A DNA stretch of 64,000 nucleotides from Bacteroidales bacterium (GTDB lineage Bacteria; Bacteroidota; Bacteroidia; Bacteroidales; JAAYJT01): assembly GCA_012522795.1 (NCBI GenBank), contig JAAYJT010000070.1, positions 26,983-90,982 on the forward strand, given 5' to 3'. The position numbers and the translations under genes are program-made. Below are positions 31,106 to 40,901 of the stretch, one piece after another (the stretch's first letter is position 1; each line of letters starts with the position of its first letter). Under the pieces are notes generated by a model, which was given only the letters and a program-made list of their open reading frames with translations, had not been told where the DNA came from and ran no database searches.

Positions 31106-32079
31106 TTTTTTAATCTTTCAATAAGAAATTCCTCAAATCTTTTTAATTCGTCTTTATGAAAAGTAAAAACATCTTCATAAGCTGTTACCATTCTTTTTAA
31201 ATCGCCCTTTCTAACATACCAACCAATACCATCGACAAATCCAATGAAAATTGCATTTGGATAGTGTGCTTTTATTAAACTATCAATGAAAATTTCCGTT
31301 TTAGACTTATCCCCTTGTCCCGAAGAAGTTGTTGCTAAAAAAGAACTTTCAATAATTATCAACGGATTCTTTTTATTAGGGATAATGAAGTCCATAGTTC
31401 GCTTGTTATCTGGTGCATTAGTAATAAGTTCTCTTAAATCACCAGTATCAAAGGTAATTTCATGTCTGTCTAGTATCTCAGTAATGAGAGTTTCTGGATT
31501 ATTTCCTTTCAATCCAGAATAACTTCCCTTTTCTTTATAGCGGATAAGCGTATCAATTAATTCGGGTATTTCAAACTTCAATTTTGAAATACTAAGTTTT
31601 TTTAGTTCAAACAATGGAATTGTATTAGCTAAAAACGGAATTGATGCCCCTTCAAAAAAAATATTAACAATACCTTTTCTAAAATATTCATTTCTCTGTA
31701 TATGCTTTAATATAGTACTGTTAGACCACTCTTGAATATTATCAGAGCTTTTTTCATTATACCATTTTTCTTTATAAACAAGTTTATTAAGTTCTGGATT
31801 ATCAATTATCCGAATTATTGTAGTTAATCTCTTTAAGTATTCATTTGAAAAACCGGTTAAAGCCAATAATGCTCTTAATCCATTCTCTTTATCCATTAAA
31901 AGCCATTCAAAAATCTCCTTTTTTAGCCCCTCTGTCTCAACCTTGTTTTTGACAATTAAAAGAGTTTCTTTTAATGAATTGATATACCCTTCATAGTTTT
32001 CTTCAAACTTCGAGTTGAAAAAATAAAACGTGTTTTTCTGGATTACTGTTAAAAATTTTTCATCAACACTTTTCGCCAT
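31102..32079 (-). CDS. Putative Type II restriction endonuclease, DpnII/MboI-family-like
   Basis: Sandwiched between two DNA methyltransferases. The C-terminal pattern MDFIIPNKKNPLIIIESSF...SSGQGDKSKT...FIGFVDGIGWY matches my recollection of R.DpnII (DFVI...LIEVNFY..SGSK...ITDGQGWY). No search was run. Confidence 0.55.
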   Translation of the reverse strand: MAKSVDEKFLTVIQKNTFYFFNSKFEENYEGYINSLKETLLIVKNKVETEGLKKEIFEWLLMDKENGLRALLALTGFSNEYLKRLTTIIRIIDNPELNKLVYKEKWYNEKSSDNIQEWSNSTILKHIQRNEYFRKGIVNIFFEGASIPFLANTIPLFELKKLSISKLKFEIPELIDTLIRYKEKGSYSGLKGNNPETLITEILDRHEITFDTGDLRELITNAPDNKRTMDFIIPNKKNPLIIIESSFLATTSSGQGDKSKTEIFIDSLIKAHYPNAIFIGFVDGIGWYVRKGDLKRMVTAYEDVFTFHKDELKRFEEFLIERLKK

Positions 32080-32080
32080 A

Positions 32081-33319
32081 TTATTGCCTTTTAAAAATTA
32101 ATATAAATTCCTCCTTCATCGTGTTTCTCATTCCTTTTATAGGTTTTAAAATACTCTTTACCAATGGCATATCATACTTCTGTGCTGATTCTATTATCGT
32201 TTCTTCCAATCTTATTCCACCAGTTTGATTGGTATTTGAACCAATTATTAAAACAAAATATTTCTCTTTTTTTAAAACCCTGGAAACTTCCAAACAAAAA
32301 GCATCCATATCGGCAAAATAATTATCTAATTTTTGATTTTTGGTTTTTCCTTTAAGTCCAATTAATCTGTTCTTTAACTCGCTGGTATCATAACCTAAAA
32401 ATTCCAATTGTTCCTTATCATTCTCAACATAATCAATAGCAAATGAATATGGTGGTGATGTTATAACACAATCAACAGAATTAATGTCAAGTTTCATGTT
32501 CAAAGCATCCGAATCTGTTAAAATATTCAGCCTGCCTATCTCATTCTGGACAAACCATGGATTAGATAAAAATGATCTTACAGTTTCAATATATCTTGGG
32601 AAGACTTTTTCAAACAATTGTTCGTGGTTTGATTTCACTACTCTTTTAGAATAACCCAAGGCATCTAAAAATGCTAAGAAAGCAAGGTTGTATATTTTGA
32701 TTTTATTATCATCTCCGATTTTAGCTATTCTATTTAAGACATTGCCTTGCTTGAAAAAATCAAACACTTTTTTATTTTCAATTGTAGTTTGTTCTAATAA
32801 TTTGATATCAATAGTTAAAGCTTCATACTTTGTTTTAATCATAAACTGACAAAAAGGGCTAACGTCAATCGCAATGGAATTAATACCCATTAAAGCTGCT
32901 TCAACATTGGTAGTACCACTACCAGCCATCGGATCTAAAATAATTTCACCCTTTTGTATATTTAAAATATTTATTAAACCTTTTATTAATTGTGGATGAA
33001 ATTTTCCACGATAAGGAAATAATCCATGAGTAGCGTATCCAGTTGAAAATTGTCCTTCTTCAAAATACACTTGCGTTGCTGATGACCTATTAGCATGGAT
33101 TTTTTCTAAATTACTGGAATACAATAGATAGTGCTTTGAAAGTTTATTGTCAACTGATTTTATATAAGCAGTTCTCTCTAAAAGTTGTTCGCTTGATAAT
33201 CTTTTATATTCTAGCTTAGCTAATTCTAATTCAAATAGTTCATTCACACTTGGAAATAGTTCAATATTATTTCCAAACAATTCATTTATAATAGATTCTG
33301 TATTGAATATATCATTCAT
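32081..33319 (-). CDS. SAM-dependent DNA methyltransferase (motif I followed by SPPY motif IV)
   Basis: Motif I ILDPMAGSGTTNVEAAL. Motif IV ITSPPYSFAIDY lies ~155 aa later (SPPY at nt 32447-32458). The ATG at 33319 is preferred, because the ORF-track start at 33337 is TTG. Confidence 0.75.
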   Translation of the reverse strand: MNDIFNTESIINELFGNNIELFPSVNELFELELAKLEYKRLSSEQLLERTAYIKSVDNKLSKHYLLYSSNLEKIHANRSSATQVYFEEGQFSTGYATHGLFPYRGKFHPQLIKGLINILNIQKGEIILDPMAGSGTTNVEAALMGINSIAIDVSPFCQFMIKTKYEALTIDIKLLEQTTIENKKVFDFFKQGNVLNRIAKIGDDNKIKIYNLAFLAFLDALGYSKRVVKSNHEQLFEKVFPRYIETVRSFLSNPWFVQNEIGRLNILTDSDALNMKLDINSVDCVITSPPYSFAIDYVENDKEQLEFLGYDTSELKNRLIGLKGKTKNQKLDNYFADMDAFCLEVSRVLKKEKYFVLIIGSNTNQTGGIRLEETIIESAQKYDMPLVKSILKPIKGMRNTMKEEFILIFKRQ

Positions 33320-33553
33320 AATCTTACAAAAATACAAAAAACATGGTTTTATTAATATTTGCTACTCTATTAGAACGAAAAACTTAAAATACTTCTTACT
33401 ATTCAATTATTTAGTAAAATCCTTTTTTTAATCAAATTTTGATTTTTCACAATGATCAGTAACATGAAATAGATACAGAAAAATCAATAAGAGTAATTAA
33501 TTGTTATTCAGAGTGATAATTTTAAAAAACTACATTTTATTTTTCAAAGCCTG

Positions 33554-34897
33554 TTACTCATATCTCAGCGATGCCAGCGGATCCTGCTCCGAAGCCTTTT
33601 TGGCAGGCATATAACCAAAAATAATACCTACTGTAGCAGCTACTCCAAATGAAATAACGATTGACAGAGGAGCCACAATAGTGAGGATGCCGGTAAATTC
33701 AGTAATACCTTTGGCAAGAAGGATTCCAAAGATAATACCGATTATTCCCCCGCTCAGACTTATCATAGTGGCTTCGGCAAGAAACTGAAAGACTATATCA
33801 GTTTTACGTGCGCCAGTAGCCATACGTATCCCTATTTCACGAATACGCTCCATTACCGAAGCCAGCATTATATTCATTATACCTATCCCTCCTACCAGTA
33901 AACTTATACCTGCAATGGCTCCGAGAACAATATTGAAAATATCCTTGGTACGCTGTTCCTGCTTTAGTAAAAGTTCAGGGACTTTGATCTCAAAATCATC
34001 AACTCCCTGATGTCGTCTTTCCATCATTCGCTTTAATACCTGCGTAGTTGTGTTCAGTTGCGAACTTTCGTGTACCTGTACAACAATACGATCCAACTGG
34101 TTACCCTCTCCACCGGTTCCGCTTGTTTGATAAGTTACCATTCCTCCGTTTATCACAACTGAAGTGGAGCTTCCGCTTACTGAAGCTGAATTAACAAGCG
34201 AACGATCGCGAAACCGTAGCAAGGCTGTTTGCAATGGTATGTAAACACTATTGTTATAATCGCTAATACCAAGGTTCTCACTTGATTCGGGATCGGCAGA
34301 ACGATTCTCAAGTACACCTATAATTTTCATCCAGATATGCCCGCATTTGATATAATCGCCAATAGGGTCCTTATGAGGAAAAAATTTGATCTTGATTTCT
34401 GAACCTAGAATTGCAACCGGTGAAGTTTCCTCAAGATGAGTTTCATTGAAGAGCATTCCCTTTTCGGTTCTAAGATTAAAAACATCAAAAAATCCGGTTG
34501 TAACCCCGCTTAATTTTGCCATACTCCGAACACCATCTTTTATTACCGGCACATCATAAACCACTTCGGCACTGACCTTTGCAACTGAAGGAATGATTTC
34601 CTCAATACTTATGGCATCGTGAAGTGTTAATCCCGGAGAGTATTTAAGAACCATACTCTGATTTTCTTCCTGTTCTCTCTGAGTTTCTTCAACCGGGCGT
34701 GGCAGAATGATGATATTATTCACTCCCACCAGTTTTATTTGTTCCAGGATTTCCTGCTGTGCGCCTGCACCTATAGCAAGCATAGCTATTACAGCAGCAA
34801 CACCAAAGATAATACCCAATGCTGTAAGAATGGATCTGAAACGATTTGCAAAAACCGCTTCTAATGCAATTTGTAGATTATAAATATGACGTTCCAC
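33554..34897 (-). CDS. ABC transporter permease, MacB/FtsX-like
   Basis: N-terminal TM helix, large periplasmic domain, and a C-terminal FtsX 3-TM bundle with the MATGARKTDIVFQFLAEA motif. GTG start. Confidence 0.85.
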   Translation of the reverse strand: MERHIYNLQIALEAVFANRFRSILTALGIIFGVAAVIAMLAIGAGAQQEILEQIKLVGVNNIIILPRPVEETQREQEENQSMVLKYSPGLTLHDAISIEEIIPSVAKVSAEVVYDVPVIKDGVRSMAKLSGVTTGFFDVFNLRTEKGMLFNETHLEETSPVAILGSEIKIKFFPHKDPIGDYIKCGHIWMKIIGVLENRSADPESSENLGISDYNNSVYIPLQTALLRFRDRSLVNSASVSGSSTSVVINGGMVTYQTSGTGGEGNQLDRIVVQVHESSQLNTTTQVLKRMMERRHQGVDDFEIKVPELLLKQEQRTKDIFNIVLGAIAGISLLVGGIGIMNIMLASVMERIREIGIRMATGARKTDIVFQFLAEATMISLSGGIIGIIFGILLAKGITEFTGILTIVAPLSIVISFGVAATVGIIFGYMPAKKASEQDPLASLRYE

Positions 34898-34903
34898 TAC
34901 AAT

Positions 34904-36142
34904 CTATAAATTGATTAATTTCCATTTTTCAGCGTTAGCAGGTGGTGCAAGGTAAATCAGATCGCCTTCTTTTAAGCCTTCTATAACCACGATTTCGTTT
35001 TGGTTGCTGCGCCCCAGTTTCACTTGTTGTCTTGTTTGGCGTCCACTAAAGTAAACAAATGAAATTGAATCAATTGTATAAACACTTTCGAGTGGAACAA
35101 ACACAGCATTCGGGATAACATCTGTGATAATTGTGTTTTTGGTTGTCATTGCCGGTCTAAGAATGGTATCGCTTTCATTGATCATGATCCTGACTTCAAA
35201 AACCTTTGCATTGCTGTTGCGCAACTGTTCACCAATATTGGCTACTTCAATTATTTCGCCGGTGTAGCTTCTGTCCGGAAATGCATCAACCCCGATCTCA
35301 ACTTTCTGCCCTGTACGCACCTTGCTTATATCAATTTCATTCACATAGGTTTTACTTATCATCTCAGTAAGATTAGGCAGCGATGCTACCACATTATCCC
35401 ATCCGGTCTGAATGGTAGAGCCAATACCTTGCTTGCTGCCATCCCAGTTTCGCCTGTGTATTACCATGCCGGCTTTGGGTGCATATATCCTGAATTGCTT
35501 AAGTATGGTGTTTATCTGTGAATATTTTCGTTCAGTCTGCTGTAATGTTGCTGAAACTTCCTGCATATTTGCCCGTGCTTTATCAAGTTTAAGCTGGTAA
35601 TTGTTCTGAGCCTGTTCGTATGCTCTTTGTCCTTTTTCAAGGTCAATCTGGATCTGCCTGATAGTTGCCGGCGGTTCATATTTACTTTGATCGTATCTGA
35701 GCTGCAATTCTTCGAGGTTATATCTCAGATTTATTAGCTCTTCCCTTGCATTACGCATTTCCATTGAAGTATCAAGCTGAATTTTAGTATATTGCGATTG
35801 CAGCTTTTCAAGTTCAGTTTCAATATCTTTCATTTGGTTCATAAGATCCGAACGATCAAGATCGGCAACATAAGCGCCGGAATCCACAACAGTTCCATCA
35901 GGAATGATATCGTTTATCTTTACCTGCCAAATACGAAAATCACGCAATCCGGATGGCCCTTTAATATCTTCAGAGCTTTTGGCTTCAAGTTCACCTGAAG
36001 TAGTAACTAACACCCTGAATTCACCAAATTTTGCAGGAACAATTATAGTGCTTTCAGTTTTGTCAGTCCGACCCAAAAAATACCATAAAACTAACAAAAT
36101 CACTGCCAGCGCTCCAAGGGTAATATAAATGTTTCTTTTCAT
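34904..36142 (-). CDS. Efflux periplasmic adaptor (HlyD/MacA-type membrane fusion protein)
   Basis: N-terminal TM anchor, long coiled-coil hairpin, and barrel-sandwich/beta-barrel C-terminus. Lies immediately upstream of the MacB-like permease. Confidence 0.85.
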   Translation of the reverse strand: MKRNIYITLGALAVILLVLWYFLGRTDKTESTIIVPAKFGEFRVLVTTSGELEAKSSEDIKGPSGLRDFRIWQVKINDIIPDGTVVDSGAYVADLDRSDLMNQMKDIETELEKLQSQYTKIQLDTSMEMRNAREELINLRYNLEELQLRYDQSKYEPPATIRQIQIDLEKGQRAYEQAQNNYQLKLDKARANMQEVSATLQQTERKYSQINTILKQFRIYAPKAGMVIHRRNWDGSKQGIGSTIQTGWDNVVASLPNLTEMISKTYVNEIDISKVRTGQKVEIGVDAFPDRSYTGEIIEVANIGEQLRNSNAKVFEVRIMINESDTILRPAMTTKNTIITDVIPNAVFVPLESVYTIDSISFVYFSGRQTRQQVKLGRSNQNEIVVIEGLKEGDLIYLAPPANAEKWKLINL

Positions 36143-36240
36143 GTGTTTGGGTAATGATCATCATTAAGTGAGTATTTGAAAACGAAGATACAACGGGTAT
36201 AGTATGCTTTTATTCATCTGCATCTCAAATGATTTTGAAG

Positions 36241-38346
36241 TTATGAAATTTTCCCCCAGTTCATTTTTTGTGAAGAAAGATACTTCAGATATTCCTTGAT
36301 CATGTCGTTCTCTTCTCTCTGAAGTTCCGGGTCCATTTCTATTATTTTTTCAGCAGCAGCCCTGGCTAATTGCAATATGCTGCCATCTTTGGCAAGGTCA
36401 GCAATTTTAAATTCAATTATTCCGCTTTGCCGGGTTCCCTGTAATTCACCGGGACCTCTAAGGTTCAAATCCACACTTGCAATTTCAAATCCATCATTGG
36501 TATTTACCATGGTTGAAATACGGGTTCGTGCATCAGAAGTAAGTTTATAACCTGTCATCAAAATGCAGTAACTCTGGTCAGCTCCGCGTCCAACTCTGCC
36601 TCTGAGCTGATGAAGCTGCGATAAACCAAAACGTTCAGCATTTTCAATGACCATAACCGATGCATTAGCAACATCAACACCAACTTCAATAACCGTTGTG
36701 GCAACCATTATCTGTGTTTCTCCTTTTACGAACCTTTGCATTTCAAAATCCTTATTAGCCGACTTCATTTGCCCATGCACAATACTTACAGCATATTCCG
36801 GCAGCGGGAATTCCCTCACTATACTATCATAGCCATCCATAAGGTGCTTTAAATCAAGTGTTTCCGATTCCTGTATCAATGGATAAACTATATATATCTG
36901 TCGTCCTTCCTTTATTTGTTGTTTCATAAAACCAAATAGTCTCAGTCGCTGAGAATCGTTGAGATGAATGGTTTTAACGGGTTTGCGCCCAGGAGGCAAT
37001 TCATCAATGACTGAATAATCAAGATCGCCATATAGGGTCATAGCCAGAGTACGTGGAATTGGTGTGGCAGTCATGACCAGAACGTGAGGCGGAATAATGT
37101 TTTTTTCCCAAAGTCTGGCACGTTGAGCAACCCCAAAACGATGTTGTTCGTCAATTATGACCATTCCAAGATTATTGAACTGAACCGCATCTTCAATTAG
37201 TGCATGAGTTCCTATCAGTATTTTTAGTTCTCCGTTCTGAAGTGCTTCAGATATTTCGTTTCTTTTTGTAGTTTTTGTAGAACCTGTAAGCAATTCAACT
37301 TGTATATCCATATCTTTAAGCAAGCGGCTGAGAGTATCGTAATGCTGTGTGGCAAGGATTTCAGTAGGCGCCATCATACATGCCTGATAACCATTATCAA
37401 TAGCCATTAACATGGTCATAAGGGCAACAACAGTTTTCCCGCTTCCAACATCACCCTGTAACAGGCGGTTCATCTGTATTCCTGAACCAGTATCAGTACG
37501 GATCTCACGCAACACACGTTTCTGGGCATTTGTAAGCTCAAAAGGCAGGTAATTATGATAAAAGGTATTAAAAACCTCCCCTATTTGTGTGAAACGATGT
37601 CCCTGAGTTTTCAACTTTCTTTGTTTGCGTTCAGAAAGCATTGGAAGCTGGTTAAAAAATAATTCTTCGAACTTAAGCCTGTAGCGCGCCAGGGCAAGTT
37701 TATAGGTGTCGGCAGGAAAATGAATGCTCAGCAGAGCTTCTTCCCTCCTCATAAGCTTCTGTTCTTCTAACAGAGCATCTGATAAAGTTTCGGGGATATA
37801 TCCTTTAACACGTTCAATGAGGTTCCTCAGAATCCTGGCAATTCCCTTACTGTGCAAACCTTTTGATTTTAGTTTCTCAGTAGAATTGTAAAAAGGCTGC
37901 AAAGGCTCACCGGCAACTATTTTTGTTTCTTCTATCGGCTCAATTTCAGGATGCGCTATATTGAACCTGTTATTGAATATTGTTGGCTTTCCAAAAACCA
38001 GATATACGGTATTTGGTTTTATTTTCTCTCTTGCCCACCGTATCCCCTGAAACCAGACTAATTCAACAGATCCGCTATTATCTGACAGGATTGCAGTAAG
38101 CCTTGTAGTACGTTTAGCACCTATTTCCCTCATATCTCTTATTATGCCTTTCACCTGAATATAGGCTGCATCAGATTTTATATCCTTGATTCTGATTATC
38201 TCACTTCTGTCAATATGCTTGAAAGGAAACTGATACAGCAGATCTTCAAAAGTATGGACATTCAGTTCTTTTTTAAGCAGTTCAGCCCTTATCGGTCCTA
38301 CACCTTTGAGGTATTCAACAGGAGTTTGCAAAAGGGAAATTTGCAT
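36241..38346 (-). CDS. recG: ATP-dependent DNA helicase RecG
   Basis: 701 aa. Wedge-domain N-terminus, helicase motifs LLQGDVGSGKT and IIDEQHRFG, and QLHQLRGRVGRG. Confidence 0.92.
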   Translation of the reverse strand: MQISLLQTPVEYLKGVGPIRAELLKKELNVHTFEDLLYQFPFKHIDRSEIIRIKDIKSDAAYIQVKGIIRDMREIGAKRTTRLTAILSDNSGSVELVWFQGIRWAREKIKPNTVYLVFGKPTIFNNRFNIAHPEIEPIEETKIVAGEPLQPFYNSTEKLKSKGLHSKGIARILRNLIERVKGYIPETLSDALLEEQKLMRREEALLSIHFPADTYKLALARYRLKFEELFFNQLPMLSERKQRKLKTQGHRFTQIGEVFNTFYHNYLPFELTNAQKRVLREIRTDTGSGIQMNRLLQGDVGSGKTVVALMTMLMAIDNGYQACMMAPTEILATQHYDTLSRLLKDMDIQVELLTGSTKTTKRNEISEALQNGELKILIGTHALIEDAVQFNNLGMVIIDEQHRFGVAQRARLWEKNIIPPHVLVMTATPIPRTLAMTLYGDLDYSVIDELPPGRKPVKTIHLNDSQRLRLFGFMKQQIKEGRQIYIVYPLIQESETLDLKHLMDGYDSIVREFPLPEYAVSIVHGQMKSANKDFEMQRFVKGETQIMVATTVIEVGVDVANASVMVIENAERFGLSQLHQLRGRVGRGADQSYCILMTGYKLTSDARTRISTMVNTNDGFEIASVDLNLRGPGELQGTRQSGIIEFKIADLAKDGSILQLARAAAEKIIEMDPELQREENDMIKEYLKYLSSQKMNWGKIS

Positions 38347-38390
38347 GACAATTTCTTAAATGAATTGATGCAAAGGTAAGAAAACAAAAG

Positions 38391-38417
38391 AGGCTACCCA
38401 ATTATTGAGCAGCCTCC
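38391..38417 (-). terminator. Probable rho-independent terminator after gldN
   Basis: On the minus-strand RNA, GAGGCT...AGCCTC forms a hairpin followed by UUUUGUUUU. It lies ~25 nt downstream of the gldN stop. Confidence 0.4.
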
Positions 38418-38439
38418 TGATAAATTTTTGATTTAACGC

Positions 38440-39291
38440 TTAATATTCCCAAATATCGCTTTCAAATCTGAACATTTCTTCCTTTATCCGTTCAGCTTCG
38501 AGCAATGCATCAAGACCTGTGGCATAATCGCTTATCTTGCTGTCACTAACATTGTCTTCTTTGTAAATATAACTTGTGAACATTCGTTTCAGGAACAAAT
38601 CATCGTAACTAAGCCTTGCACCGTTATTACGGGGATTGAAGACCTCTGCCTGCGCAAACACTTTTCTTGCATCATCAAAATTGATCCAGAATAACGGGTC
38701 ATGACCTCTCCATTCACCATCAGGGGCATAACTGTCAACAACAGGACAAAGCCCAATAATCCTCGCCTCAAATACTGAACGTTGCTTGTCGAATACCCAG
38801 TCTTCCTTAAGACGGAAAAGTTTAACATCCATTGGATTAAAAACCTTTGAAATAACAGTATCATAAAAATCGTATGGTGGGTCAGGGCGTTGCATACGCA
38901 TGGTATCAGCCTTATTCAAACGATTTTCAATTTCCTGATAGGTTTGAGGAACAAGGAAATCATCTGTAAGCCCTGAAGCATCATATGCTTCAATCGTACC
39001 TTCTCTGAGTGCGTCCATAATAACTGTTATCAGATTTCTGTTTTCTTTAGTTGGGACTTCAGGAAAGTAAAGTGGCTGGTTAAATCTTTCACGAAGATCA
39101 ATAACCCTCCATATTCTTTTCACCCAGATAACGTCAGCTTCCCTGATATACGGGAATTCAACAGGTGTCTTATCCATTATATGCTGCTTATCATAAACAG
39201 CATTCCGAGGTGGTGAAACCTGCGCTGAGGCATCTGTAAAAACAGAGAAGATTAAACTTTGAAAAAGCAAAAGCAGGATTATTCTTTTCAT
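38440..39291 (-). CDS. gldN: Gliding motility / T9SS protein GldN (PorN)
   Basis: Signal peptide, 283 aa, last gene of the gldKLMN block. Conserved WVFDKQRS / IIGLCPV region. Confidence 0.8.
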   Translation of the reverse strand: MKRIILLLLFQSLIFSVFTDASAQVSPPRNAVYDKQHIMDKTPVEFPYIREADVIWVKRIWRVIDLRERFNQPLYFPEVPTKENRNLITVIMDALREGTIEAYDASGLTDDFLVPQTYQEIENRLNKADTMRMQRPDPPYDFYDTVISKVFNPMDVKLFRLKEDWVFDKQRSVFEARIIGLCPVVDSYAPDGEWRGHDPLFWINFDDARKVFAQAEVFNPRNNGARLSYDDLFLKRMFTSYIYKEDNVSDSKISDYATGLDALLEAERIKEEMFRFESDIWEY

Positions 39292-39292
39292 T

Positions 39293-40864
39293 TTATTGTA
39301 ATGTAAGATTAATAGTTCCTAATTTACGGGTTCCACCATCAGGCCCGGTAGCATAAATATCTTCCAGCCAGACTCTGTCGCCACGTCTTGCATTTTGAAC
39401 ATATGTTCTCATTTCATCAGTAAACTGATTACTGCTACTCTGGCGTTCAAAAATATCGCCTGATCTCACTGCAACAAATCTAAATGAAGTAATGCGGAAA
39501 GTAAGATCAAATTCAAAGTCAGCGGGCATAGTAGGTATAATGGCATTAGCAGCCAGCAAACGATTTTTTTCAATATTTCCGCTGGTTATATTAGCAATGG
39601 TAGCGGTGGGGTCGGGTACACGTTTGATACGAAATTCGTTAGAACCCATACTTTTACCATCGGCGGTAACGCTTACAACGGCTTTTTGCACTCCATCAGG
39701 AACGCGTACTATCCAATCAGTACCTGAACGGCGAATTTCTCCTATTGAAATACGGGGCTCGATTTTTGTATCTGCCATACCTGATACTGAGATAGATACC
39801 GGATTATCAACACCGGTATAAAAAACATTCATTTTTGTAGCAGAAACAGTAACTGAGGGCCGTCCGACAATGTACTCATGTCTGAAATTATATGATCTCA
39901 TCTGCCCCGATGGATCGGGTACCATAATAGAACCAGCATAACGCTTAGTTCCTTCTGAAGTTGCCGGTACACTTATCTTGACCGATCCGTCCTTACCCTT
40001 GATTTTTCTTGCTGATGCAAGGTTCTGAGTTGTTACCTTATCAGCACCATCTACAAATAATACTTCAGGATTGCTTTTAGTATCATAGGCAGCAACAAGG
40101 ATTTCAGCTTCATAAGTATCACCAAGAAACACAAAACTGCTTGATGGGATCACTTTTGCATCAATTGCATCAAACTTGTAACTCTCAGCATCAATTGAAG
40201 AGAACAGAAGATTAATAATATCATACTCCGCATTTTGAACCTCGTTGATAATTTTGTTTATGATAGTTGTATTGGCAGCAAGAATAGAATGATAAAAATT
40301 ATGCATTTCCCAGGTTTCTTTCTGTTTGTTACGGTTATAAAAAGGACCTTCGGTATCCAGGCCAATACTTAGTTTTTCACGATCAACAGGTTCAAGAACA
40401 TTTAATACTTCTTCTTTATATTTTTCAATTTTATTTTTTATTTCAGTGGCTCTGCCCTCATTAATATAGAAATTAGTAGTACGATCGTATTTATCTTTAC
40501 TGGCAGCATCCCTGAGCGACAACACTTTTGCTTCTTCAATACTAACTCCTTCAGCATGGGCCATTGCAGAAATGTTCATTTCAGTCAGATAATCAATAAT
40601 TTCATTGGAAAGATTTTGTACCTGTATAGCTTTTTCGTAATAAGGACCAACACGTGCTGGATTAAGTAAGTTTTGCTGTTCAAAACTATTATATACTGCA
40701 TCAATCTTTTGCGAAAAGCTTTCATTGGTAGCTTCCATACTTTCGTTCACTGTAACGAAGGCTTCAAGTACCTGGACTGAAACGTTCAGTGCAAGAAGGG
40801 CTGTCAGCACAAGATACATCATGCCTATCATCTTTTGCCGAGGCGTTTCTCTAAATCCGGCCAT
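39293..40864 (-). CDS. gldM: Gliding motility / T9SS protein GldM (PorM)
   Basis: The N-terminus PRQKMIGMMYLVLTALLALNVS is the GldM signature TM segment. 523 aa. Confidence 0.85.
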   Translation of the reverse strand: MAGFRETPRQKMIGMMYLVLTALLALNVSVQVLEAFVTVNESMEATNESFSQKIDAVYNSFEQQNLLNPARVGPYYEKAIQVQNLSNEIIDYLTEMNISAMAHAEGVSIEEAKVLSLRDAASKDKYDRTTNFYINEGRATEIKNKIEKYKEEVLNVLEPVDREKLSIGLDTEGPFYNRNKQKETWEMHNFYHSILAANTTIINKIINEVQNAEYDIINLLFSSIDAESYKFDAIDAKVIPSSSFVFLGDTYEAEILVAAYDTKSNPEVLFVDGADKVTTQNLASARKIKGKDGSVKISVPATSEGTKRYAGSIMVPDPSGQMRSYNFRHEYIVGRPSVTVSATKMNVFYTGVDNPVSISVSGMADTKIEPRISIGEIRRSGTDWIVRVPDGVQKAVVSVTADGKSMGSNEFRIKRVPDPTATIANITSGNIEKNRLLAANAIIPTMPADFEFDLTFRITSFRFVAVRSGDIFERQSSSNQFTDEMRTYVQNARRGDRVWLEDIYATGPDGGTRKLGTINLTLQ

Positions 40865-40901
40865 ATTTAGCTATTTGTGATTTATTTAATTATTGATTAA
40901 T

